NCBI GenBank assembly: GCA_003150355.1 | Contig: QAMJ01000017.1 | Coordinates: forward strand, 32,251-96,250 | Origin: Clostridiales bacterium | GTDB taxonomy: Bacteria > Bacillota > Clostridia > Oscillospirales > Oscillospiraceae | Direction of reading: 5' to 3' | Length of the DNA: 64,000 bases | Part shown: positions 18,521 to 26,193 of the stretch, piece after piece | How the letters are laid out: every line of letters begins with the position of its first letter | How positions within the stretch are numbered: the first letter of the stretch is position 1 | The notes under the pieces: model-generated | The model's input: the letters and a program-made list of their open reading frames with translations, nothing else | What the model was told of the DNA's origin: nothing | The model's database searches: none | Program-made: the position numbers and the translations under genes

Positions 18521-20041
18521 TTGAAAAAGGTATATTTACTGAAAAACAGATATGTCGACTCGGTCACGCTGATGACTGTCGCGGTCGAGTTGACAGAGCG
18601 CGAGGGCATAGACGGCGCGGAGTGCGGCATGGGCACAAAGCAGAATGTCAATCTGCTGCGCGAGCTCGGCTATGAGCTGCCCGCGGACGCAACTTCGAAC
18701 GACGTTATGATAGCGCTCGATGCACAGAGCGAGGAACCGATGCGCGCGGCCTGTGAGTTCGTCGAGGAGTCGCTCTCCACCGGACGCGGAAAGCGCGAAA
18801 AGGTCTATCACAGCGCGGGAGATCTTGCAGAGGGCGAATTTGACGTAGTCCAGATATCACTGCCCGGAGAATATGCGCTGGATGAGGCGTACAAGGCCAT
18901 CGACAAGGGGAGTCATGTGTTCATGTTCACGGCGGATGTGTCCCTCGAACAGGAGCATGACCTCAAGGTATACGCACGCGACCACGGCTGCCTGATGATG
19001 GGACCTGACGCGGGCGTCGGGCTCCTCGGCGGCGTGGCAATGGCTGCCGGCAGTATTGTGAAGTATGGCCCGATAGGCGTTATCGGCGCATCCGGTTCCG
19101 GCTCTCAGGAGGTCGCCTGCCTTATCGAGCAGATGGGCAGCGGCGTGACCTGCGTCCTCGGAACGGGCGGCAGAGACCTGAAGAAGCCCGTGGGCGGCGT
19201 ATCGATGATGGCAGACATGGACAGGCTCGAGCGCGATGATGACACGAAGCTTATCTGCCTTGTGTCCATGCTCGCCGACCGTGACGTTATGGAAAAGGTG
19301 CTCGAGAAAGCCGACACACTCTCAAAGCCCGTCGTCGCCGTGTTCCTCGGCGCGGATGAGGAGCTCTATAAAGGGCATAAGGTGACAGGCACGTTCAACC
19401 TCACGGATGCGGCGAAAGCCTGTGTGAGACTTGTGACCGGTGAAGAGCCGACCCTCGGCCTTACGGCGCAGGAGCGCGAGGAGCTTGCACAGCGTTGCGC
19501 GGGCTCGCTTTCTACCGAACGCAGATATTTCCGTGGCCTCTACACCGGCGGTACCTTCTCCGAGGAGACGCTGATGACTTTCCGCGCCGAGGCACCGGAG
19601 ATCACCCTTTACACCAACCGCGACAACACCGAATATGCCCGCCGGCTCAAAACACACAAGCAGTCAGAGGGCAACACCCTCCTCGACATGGGCGACCTTG
19701 ACTTCACCGCCGAAGCGCCGCACACGGTCTTTGACCCAGCGCAGCGCGTTGTAAGGTTCCGGCAGGAGATAAGCGACCCCAAGGTCGCCCTGATATCCAT
19801 GGATATCATCCTCGGACCCGGAGTTGCGCCAGACCCCGCATCCTGCTATTTGCCGATGATAAGCCAGCACCCGGACATCGTATACGTGTTCGCGGTCTGC
19901 GGCGGCGAGGGCGACCCGCAGGGCAAGGATAAAATAAAGAAGCAGCTCAGAGAAGCGGGCGTGATAGTTGCCGAGAGCAACCATGAGAGCGCCATGCTGA
20001 GCACAGCCATAATGAAGAAGCTGGAGGCGAGAAACAGATGA
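18521..20041 (+). CDS. FdrA-family protein (succinyl-CoA-synthetase-alpha-like)
   Basis: ORF 18494..20041. The in-frame TTG at 18521 follows GGAGGG and gives MKKVYLLKNRYVDSVTLM. From memory, this matches the E. coli FdrA N-terminus pattern (IKKGCFQDSVSLM). Gly-rich CoA-ligase-like loops IGASGSGSQE and GTGGRD. Confidence 0.8.
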   Translation: MKKVYLLKNRYVDSVTLMTVAVELTEREGIDGAECGMGTKQNVNLLRELGYELPADATSNDVMIALDAQSEEPMRAACEFVEESLSTGRGKREKVYHSAGDLAEGEFDVVQISLPGEYALDEAYKAIDKGSHVFMFTADVSLEQEHDLKVYARDHGCLMMGPDAGVGLLGGVAMAAGSIVKYGPIGVIGASGSGSQEVACLIEQMGSGVTCVLGTGGRDLKKPVGGVSMMADMDRLERDDDTKLICLVSMLADRDVMEKVLEKADTLSKPVVAVFLGADEELYKGHKVTGTFNLTDAAKACVRLVTGEEPTLGLTAQEREELAQRCAGSLSTERRYFRGLYTGGTFSEETLMTFRAEAPEITLYTNRDNTEYARRLKTHKQSEGNTLLDMGDLDFTAEAPHTVFDPAQRVVRFRQEISDPKVALISMDIILGPGVAPDPASCYLPMISQHPDIVYVFAVCGGEGDPQGKDKIKKQLREAGVIVAESNHESAMLSTAIMKKLEARNR

Positions 20042-20229
20042 GCAGCGAGCTGAAGCAGACTCCTCAGGAGAAGCCGATACCCAAGAGCAAGCCCTCCGTT
20101 GCCAATATCGGCATAAAGATATTTTACGATTCTATGGCCGCGCAGGGGGTAAAGTGCGCGCAGATCGAGTGGGTTCCGCCTTTCAAGCAATCCGCCGAAA
20201 TCGAGCAGCTCCTGGATGAATTCCTGTAA
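20038..20229 (+). CDS. small translationally coupled ORF (63 aa), function unknown
   Basis: The ATG overlaps the fdrA stop (ATGA). Codon usage matches its neighbours. Motif ANIGIKIFYDSMAAQGVKCAQIEWVPP. Confidence 0.5.
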   Translation: MSSELKQTPQEKPIPKSKPSVANIGIKIFYDSMAAQGVKCAQIEWVPPFKQSAEIEQLLDEFL

Positions 20230-20253
20230 TTTTGTAGTAAAGGTGGAGTAAAT

Positions 20254-21516
20254 ATGCCTGATATGAAACAGAAAATCGCGGAAGCCAACAAGGCTGCCGC
20301 TGCCTGCCTGACAGATAACGACCCGTGGTGGGTCGACGTGCTCCCGGCAGGGGAGGTCGTGGAAGGACTGGAGGATCACATGATCCTGCACTCCGGACCT
20401 CCGGTAGACTTGGACGACATGGTCATGCTGCACAGGCGCGGCATGGTCAGCGCGATGCTTTTTGAAGGCTGGGCGAAGGACGAGAAGGAAGCGATGGAGC
20501 TTCTGCACTCGGGTGAGATAAAGATCGACTCCGCGCTCAACCACAACACGGTCGGCGCTGGCACGGGCATCATCACAAAGTCCCTTGCGATGATCGTCGT
20601 CGAGGATCGGCGCAACCACACCCGCGCCGCGACCTTCCCGGCAGAGGGACCCTTTGAGGGCGGCTTCTGCGGCTGGGGGCTTTACAGCAAGGACATCGCG
20701 GAAAACCTGCGCCATATGCGCGAGGAGCTTTTCCCGCCCATGCGCGAGATGCTGGCGAAAAACGGCGGCATCGCGCTCAAGCCTATCCTTGCCGAGAGCA
20801 TGCAGATGGGCGACGAGAACCACACGCGCCAGACCGCAGCCGACCTGCTGTTTGACAAGATAGTTCTCCCGCAGCTGTTTGCACTTGACCTGCCGAAAGA
20901 GGTCATCATGCAGACAATAAAATACATAGTCGACACTCCGCGCTTCTTCCACTGCTATGGTCAGGGCGCGTCCCGCTCCGCGGCTATCGCGGCGGACGGC
21001 ATCCCTTATTCCACCATGGTCACGGCCTTTGGCGGCAATGGGCGTGAGTTCGGCATAAAGGTCGCGGGACTTCCCGGAAGATGGTTCACAGCCCCGGCGC
21101 CCTATATGACCGGCAAGTACACCTCCACCAAGTTCACGCAGGCCGACCAGCTCCCGTGGATCGGGGACAGCTGCGTCGTGGAGGCCGCGGGCATGGGCGG
21201 CGTCGCCGCGGCGGCAAGCCCGATCGTTCTCAACCTCAGGGGCATGTCCCTTGCCGAGGCGATCGCGCAGACCCGCGAGATGGAGCAGATCACCATCACC
21301 CATAACCCCAATTTCTCCATACCCAATCTGGACTTTGACACGCTGCCCGTCGGCTTCGATATACGCCTTGTGCTCAAGACCGGTATCTGCCCGACCATCC
21401 ACGGCGGTATGTTCAATAAGGAAGGCGGCCTGATCGGCGCGGGCATGGCGCGCGTACCGATGGAGTGCTTTGAAAAGGCAATGAAGGCCTTTGCGGAAGA
21501 GTATAGAGACAAATGA
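20254..21516 (+). CDS. DUF1116-family protein (YlbE-like)
   Basis: 420 aa. Segments such as HSGPP and LFEGWAKDEKEAMELL match my recollection of E. coli YlbE (LFEGWAKDEAQAM). RBS AAAGGTGGAG. Confidence 0.8.
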   Translation: MPDMKQKIAEANKAAAACLTDNDPWWVDVLPAGEVVEGLEDHMILHSGPPVDLDDMVMLHRRGMVSAMLFEGWAKDEKEAMELLHSGEIKIDSALNHNTVGAGTGIITKSLAMIVVEDRRNHTRAATFPAEGPFEGGFCGWGLYSKDIAENLRHMREELFPPMREMLAKNGGIALKPILAESMQMGDENHTRQTAADLLFDKIVLPQLFALDLPKEVIMQTIKYIVDTPRFFHCYGQGASRSAAIAADGIPYSTMVTAFGGNGREFGIKVAGLPGRWFTAPAPYMTGKYTSTKFTQADQLPWIGDSCVVEAAGMGGVAAAASPIVLNLRGMSLAEAIAQTREMEQITITHNPNFSIPNLDFDTLPVGFDIRLVLKTGICPTIHGGMFNKEGGLIGAGMARVPMECFEKAMKAFAEEYRDK

Positions 21517-22700
21517 TGAAAGTATTGGCAGCCAATGTGGGCAGCACCTCGCTGAAGTTCAAGCTGTTTGAGATGCCGGAGGAAGCGGCGCTGTGCGAGG
21601 CAAAAATCGAGCGCGTCGGGAGCCGGGACAAGGCGATATTTGCCTACGGCAGCCTTGTGACCGGTAAGCATTACCGGCTCGAGGGGCAGTGCATCCCGGA
21701 TTACACGACGGGCATACGTATGTTCCTTGAAGCGCTGGTCTCCGGGGAATACGGAGTGATAAAAAGCGTCGGCGAGATCGACCGCATCGGCTTCAAAACC
21801 GTGCTTTCCAAGGGCTTTTACGGCGTACATGAGCTGACGGACGAGGTCATGGACGGGATGCGTGATTATCTGTTCATTGCTCCGGTGCATAACGCGGCGT
21901 ACTTAGAAGCGATAGGCCAGTTTAACAACCTGCTTCCGGACGTGCCGAAGATAGGCGTGTTCGAGACGGCATTTCACACGACGATCCCGATCGAGCGCCG
22001 CATTTACGGCGTGCCGTACGAGTGGTACGAGAAGTATGGCCTGATGCGCATGGGCTATCACGGGGCATCTCACGGCTACATAGCTCAGGAGAGCTGCGCC
22101 TACGGCAAGGCCGGGCGAGTGATATCCTGCCATCTGGGCGGGAGCTGCTCCGTATGCGCGATACAGGACGGCAGGAGCGTTGACACAAGCTTCGGCTTTT
22201 CGCTCCAGTCCGGGCTCATCCATGCCAACCGCACCGGGGACGCAGACCCCTATATGATCCCGTTTTTGCAGAGCGAGGGACTGAGCGCGGAGGAAATCGA
22301 GGACGGGCTGAGCAAGCACGGCGGCCTGCTGGGTATCTCCGGCGTCAGTAATGACATGAGAGACCTCCAGAGCGCTGCGGAGAGCGGAAACGAGCGGGCA
22401 AGGCTCGCCGTCGACGCTTTTGTAAGCGGCATAATAAAGCAGATCGGCGCGTTCTATGCCGAACTCGGCGGGCTGGATCAGCTCGTGTTCACGGGCGGCA
22501 TAGGCGAACACTCGGCGTTTGTGAGAAATGCCGTCTGCTCGCAGCTGCGGCATTTGGGGATCGAGCTTGACGAGGAGAAGAACAGCGCTTCCGAGTCGGT
22601 CGGGGTTGTCTCGGCGGCTGGCTCTGAGGTCCTTGTGACGGTGATACCCGCGAACGAGGAGCTTGGGGTAGCCCGCGAGACCGCGGCCTATGAGCTGTGA
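21513..22700 (+). CDS. acetate/propionate-kinase-family (ASKHA) kinase
   Basis: Family hallmarks: NVGSTSLKF, FETAFH, MGYHGASH, HLGGSCS, NRTGDADP, IPANEE. The start overlaps the DUF1116 stop (ATGATGA). Confidence 0.85.
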   Translation: MMKVLAANVGSTSLKFKLFEMPEEAALCEAKIERVGSRDKAIFAYGSLVTGKHYRLEGQCIPDYTTGIRMFLEALVSGEYGVIKSVGEIDRIGFKTVLSKGFYGVHELTDEVMDGMRDYLFIAPVHNAAYLEAIGQFNNLLPDVPKIGVFETAFHTTIPIERRIYGVPYEWYEKYGLMRMGYHGASHGYIAQESCAYGKAGRVISCHLGGSCSVCAIQDGRSVDTSFGFSLQSGLIHANRTGDADPYMIPFLQSEGLSAEEIEDGLSKHGGLLGISGVSNDMRDLQSAAESGNERARLAVDAFVSGIIKQIGAFYAELGGLDQLVFTGGIGEHSAFVRNAVCSQLRHLGIELDEEKNSASESVGVVSAAGSEVLVTVIPANEELGVARETAAYEL

Positions 22701-22703
22701 GGC

Positions 22704-23525
22704 ATGAAAAGCATTATAAGCACCTGTCAGGGGGAGACGTTCCGCGCCGCGGCGCAGAGCCCGTGGAGCGGAACGATACTCCTTGTGACGCACGGCGGCT
22801 GGTACCTTGAGACGGAGCGGTGGGATATCCTCCTGCTGCATGACGCGCGATTCGGCGAGATACCGATCGGCGCGGCGCTGCCGGATATAGGAGAGCTTCC
22901 GTATGACAAGCGTTTTGAGCATCAGCCGCTGCGCTTTGAGAACGGAACGCTTATGCTAACCGGTGAGCTGCAAATAGAGCTGCGCGGTGAAAAAGAGACA
23001 CGCCAGCATGAAACTGTGGGAGTGTCTCAAAAACGGCTCCGTGAGCTTGAAAAAGCGCTGAGAAATTCTGGGCGCGGAGAACTCAGGTACGCCGCGTGCG
23101 GGCTGCAGCCGCCGGAAGACAGTCCGCTTTGGCGTGAGATGCAGCGGCGCACTGAAGGCTTCCTTGCCGCGGCAGGCGGTGGCTATGAAGAAATATCCGC
23201 GGCGGTAAAGGAACTGCTCGGCCTCGGCAGGGGACTGACGCCCGCCTGCGACGACTGGCTCGCGGGGTATATGTATGCCGCGCGGCGCACCGGGAAAACG
23301 GAGGCCTGCGCGGCGGTAAGCAAAGCCGTGCTGGAATATGCCGGGGAATACACCAACGCTGTCAGTGCCGCGTATCTTCGCGCGGCGGCGCGCGGCGAAT
23401 ATTATGAGTTGCTCGAAGACTGCCTGTTCGGCGAGGACGCGGACAGCATCGCGCGGCTGCTCAGCATCGGCAGCAGCTCCGGGAGCGATATGCTCAGTGG
23501 TATGCTAGCTGTATGTAATGACTGA
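22704..23525 (+). CDS. DUF2877-family protein (YlbF-like)
   Basis: Motifs GLGRGLTPACDDWLAGY, TNAVSAAYLRAAARGEY and IGSSSGSDMLSGML. Starts 4 nt after the kinase gene. Confidence 0.7.
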   Translation: MKSIISTCQGETFRAAAQSPWSGTILLVTHGGWYLETERWDILLLHDARFGEIPIGAALPDIGELPYDKRFEHQPLRFENGTLMLTGELQIELRGEKETRQHETVGVSQKRLRELEKALRNSGRGELRYAACGLQPPEDSPLWREMQRRTEGFLAAAGGGYEEISAAVKELLGLGRGLTPACDDWLAGYMYAARRTGKTEACAAVSKAVLEYAGEYTNAVSAAYLRAAARGEYYELLEDCLFGEDADSIARLLSIGSSSGSDMLSGMLAVCND

Positions 23526-23575
23526 TATGTGCGCGGTGCGCTTTGGAGTGCGCAGGAACAAAGTATAGCGGGTGC

Positions 23576-23621
23576 ATAAGGATACCCCCACGGCTCAGGT
23601 GAGCCGTGGGGGTATCCTTAT
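23576..23621. terminator. 21-bp perfect stem-loop at the operon/remnant boundary
   Basis: ATAAGGATACCCCCACGGCTC-AGGT-GAGCCGTGGGGGTATCCTTAT. There is no T-tract on either side. It overlaps the first 3 nt of repeat copy B. Confidence 0.6.
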
Positions 23622-23797
23622 ATCTCCAGCGCATTATGCAGCTTGTCGCTGGCGGCTTTTTTGTTTTTATCGAGTGCATGGGTGTAGATATCTAAGTTTA
23701 TCCCCAAAACAGCAATAGGCAGCCGCTTGCGGAGGCTGCCTGTTACGAAATATAACAATGCTGTGAAATTTGCTTTATGCGTTGCTTGCGGCTTTCG
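23618..23797 (-). pseudogene. C-terminal remnant of a tyrosine recombinase/integrase
   Basis: A 59-codon open frame without a start codon: ...THKANFTALLYFVTGSLRKRLPIAVLGINLDIYTHALDKNKKAASDKLHNALEI-stop. The LDIYTH(x)...KxAAxKL tail resembles integrase box II with the catalytic Tyr. Confidence 0.5.
23619..23659. repeat. 41-nt direct repeat, copy B (matches 13063..13103)
   Basis: TATATCTCCAGCGCATTATGCAGCTTGTCGCTGGCGGCTTT. There is a single G/A difference from copy A. The offset between copies is 10,556 bp. Confidence 0.85.
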
Positions 23798-24080
23798 TCA
23801 CACTCTTGACGGCGAGCGCCTTCATCGGCTTCATGAGCAGAACGCACACGCCGTTGAACACCAGCGAGCCGACGACGAAGACGAGGATGAACAGCCCGAT
23901 GTTGCTTGCAAATGAAGCGGTATCTATGCAGGCGCAGGTGAGATATGCAAAGCCGACATTGTTGAGCACCTTGGGGGCATAGGGGTGGCCGAGGATGAGC
24001 AGCGCGAGAACAGCGGCGAGCGGGATAAGCAGACCAAAGAGATCGCCGACGATCGGAGTCAGGGCGGAGATGGCGAGCAT
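23775..24080 (-). pseudogene. C-terminal fragment of a polytopic membrane protein (family unassigned)
   Basis: 101-aa hydrophobic ORF. It is truncated at its 5' side by the PucR fragment and runs, out of frame, into the integrase remnant. Confidence 0.3.
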
Positions 24081-24492
24081 GAGGTATTACTATGAGCAGG
24101 CGGTGAAAGCCATAGAATTGAATGGCCTGCTGAACCTGCCGGAGAACCTGTATGAATACAAAAATGTGGCGCTCTACGACCTTATAAACAATGTGGCGCA
24201 AAGCCGCAAGGTCGGGTTTTACTGCCACCCTGCGCTTCTCCAGCTCATGGAGTACGATAAGCAGAACGGCAGCCAACTGTACGAAACTCTAGGATGTCTT
24301 GCAAGGAACGGGTTCAACAGTGCCGCGACAGCTACAGAAATGTTCCTGCACCGCAACACGCTTTCCTACCGCAAACAGAAGATCGCGGCGATGACCGGCA
24401 TTGACCTGGATGATTTCAACACGCAGTTCATGCTGAAATATTCATACATGATCGAGGAGTATATAGGCAAGCAGTCCGGCACAAAGCTGTAA
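24070..24492 (+). pseudogene. PucR/CdaR-family regulator, C-terminal HTH fragment only
   Basis: LYETLGCLARNGFNSAATATEMFLHRNTLSYRKQKIAAMTGIDLDD matches the PucR C-terminal HTH pattern. Only about 140 aa are present, versus about 400-550 aa for the family. Confidence 0.65.
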
Positions 24493-24631
24493 GACGGGAT
24501 TATCTGCGTTGCAGCGATCTCATACCAGGTCACGCCCAGTTCCTCGCAAGTACGGATTATATCCTCAAGCACCATTGTCTTGACATCACCATTATCCAAC
24601 GGCGTATAGTTGTGATCGTCGTCTCCGCTAG

Positions 24632-25312
24632 GAAGCGGCATACAATATCAATCTCAAAGTCTCTGACGATCTGGCGATGATCGGCTTTGATTCGACCTGC
24701 CACAGCTATCTCAATACGCCTGCCATATCCTCCATGGAAAAGCCCGTGAGCGCCACATGGGAAGACGCGATGAAGATAAAGCACATGGCGGATGAATACG
24801 ATGCGAAGATAATGGTCGGCTTTGCCCACTATTACCGCCCCGCATACAGAAAGATGCTCGAACTCGTGCGCACCGGTATGTTCGGCCGTCCCGTGAATAT
24901 TGCGTTCTCGCGTCTCAGCCCCGGCTTCGGCTTCCATGCGAAGAACATGACGGCCTCATGGCGCACGGATCCCAACCTTGCCTGCGGCATGACCATCGAG
25001 TCCGTTTTACATGACTGGAAGCTCATTACCGCAATGGCCGGATCGTTTGAGACGATAAGCTGTAACTACACCGGAACGCTTGAATCCGTGCCGCGTTTCG
25101 ATAACCACACCTCCATCAGCGCGCGCCTCAAAAACGGCGCCATAGCGACGATTGCCGCCTCATGGGCCTGCGATATTCCGCGCTGCTCGCGCGCGTATAT
25201 CGGCGACAAGGGCTCTATCTTCCTCACCGGGGAGGGTATGTTTGAGTTTACCGACCTCACTTGGAAGACCGAGGATATGCCCTATGCGGAGACCCTCCGC
25301 TTGACAGACTGA
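24632..25312 (+). pseudogene. chimeric remnant: LacI-family C-terminal fragment fused to a Gfo/Idh/MocA oxidoreductase lacking its Rossmann domain
   Basis: EAAYNINLKVSDDLAMIGFDSTCHSYLNTPAISSM is a LacI-like (vPeDlaviGfDd...P.lttv) segment. It joins directly to EKPVSATWEDAMKIKHMADEYDAKIMVGFAHYYRPAYRKMLELV, which is the Gfo/Idh/MocA EKP motif onward. An in-frame TAG lies at 24629-24631. Confidence 0.6.
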
Positions 25313-25314
25313 GC

Positions 25315-25357
25315 AGTCAGGGCAGCTGTCCTTTGTGGACGGCTGCCCTGACTTTTA
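25315..25357 (+). terminator. rho-independent terminator (plus strand)
   Basis: 12-bp stem AGTCAGGGCAGC/GCTGCCCTGACT, followed by TTTT. Confidence 0.6.
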
Positions 25358-25364
25358 TATGTCT

Positions 25365-25400
25365 TCAAAAAAGGGCAGCAGCGAAAATCGCTGCTGCCCT
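25365..25400 (-). terminator. rho-independent terminator after the HpcH aldolase gene (minus strand)
   Basis: 12-bp stem AGGGCAGCAGCG/CGCTGCTGCCCT. A TTTTTT tract follows on the minus strand. Confidence 0.7.
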
Positions 25401-25409
25401 GATGATCTA

Positions 25410-26171
25410 TCAGGCTTCCTTAACGCCCTTGACCCATTTTTCGCACATTCTGTAATACATGGACATATCGCCGACCTGGGTGATATAGTCAACGCCGCAT
25501 GCGAACCACTCGTTGGTGTCCTCGGGGTCGATGCCGAGCATACCGGAGTATACGCCCTTGGCCTTGGCCTTTCTGATCATTTCCTTGATAGCGTCCTTTA
25601 CCCGCGGATCGTCAAGCTGGCCGGGGATGCCGAGAGAGACGGAGAGGTCATAGGGACCGAAGAAGACGAACTCTACGCCTTCCTGCTCAAGGATATCGTC
25701 ATACGCCTCGACGCCGTCCTTGCCCTCGATGAGCAGAACGACAGCGACGTCTCTGTTCGAATCCTCAAAGTAGGTCTCGCTCTTGCCGGTATAGCCGTTT
25801 GCTCTGACATAGGGGCAGGCTCCGCGGCGGCCGACAGGGGCGAACTTTGCCCACTTCATGGTGTTGCGGACATCCTCCACGCTGCTGATGCCGGGGACGA
25901 CGATGCCGGCTGCGCCGATATCGAGAGCGTGCTTTATCGCGGTCTCGTCTATGTTGGGGACTCTTATGAGAGGAATGCAGTCAAAGGACTCGGCTGCACG
26001 CACGAGATGGGCGTTGGTCTCGATGCCCCAGCTGCCGTGCTCATTGTCGATGAACACAAAGTCAAAGCCGGTCTTGGCGGTGATCTCCACCATCTCGGGG
26101 CAGGCGGTATTTACAAACATTCCGATGGGTTTTTTCTCTTCAGCCATGAGCTGCTTCATGCTTCTGCGCAT
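25410..26171 (-). CDS. HpcH/HpaI-family aldolase (2-keto-3-deoxy-acid aldolase)
   Basis: FDFVFIDNEHG, IPLIRVP, DIGAAGIVVP and KFAPVGRRG are typical of HpcH/HpaI aldolases. Confidence 0.85.
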   Translation of the reverse strand: MRRSMKQLMAEEKKPIGMFVNTACPEMVEITAKTGFDFVFIDNEHGSWGIETNAHLVRAAESFDCIPLIRVPNIDETAIKHALDIGAAGIVVPGISSVEDVRNTMKWAKFAPVGRRGACPYVRANGYTGKSETYFEDSNRDVAVVLLIEGKDGVEAYDDILEQEGVEFVFFGPYDLSVSLGIPGQLDDPRVKDAIKEMIRKAKAKGVYSGMLGIDPEDTNEWFACGVDYITQVGDMSMYYRMCEKWVKGVKEA

Positions 26172-26193
26172 ATTATTCTAAGCCTCCATTAGA

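Noticed and set aside
19846-21402. 518-aa ORF on the minus strand
   Set aside because: It is antisense to the end of the FdrA-like gene, the 63-aa ORF and the DUF1116 gene. It is Arg/Ala/Gly/Asp/Leu-rich with no motifs. The sense-strand genes show translational coupling and family signatures.
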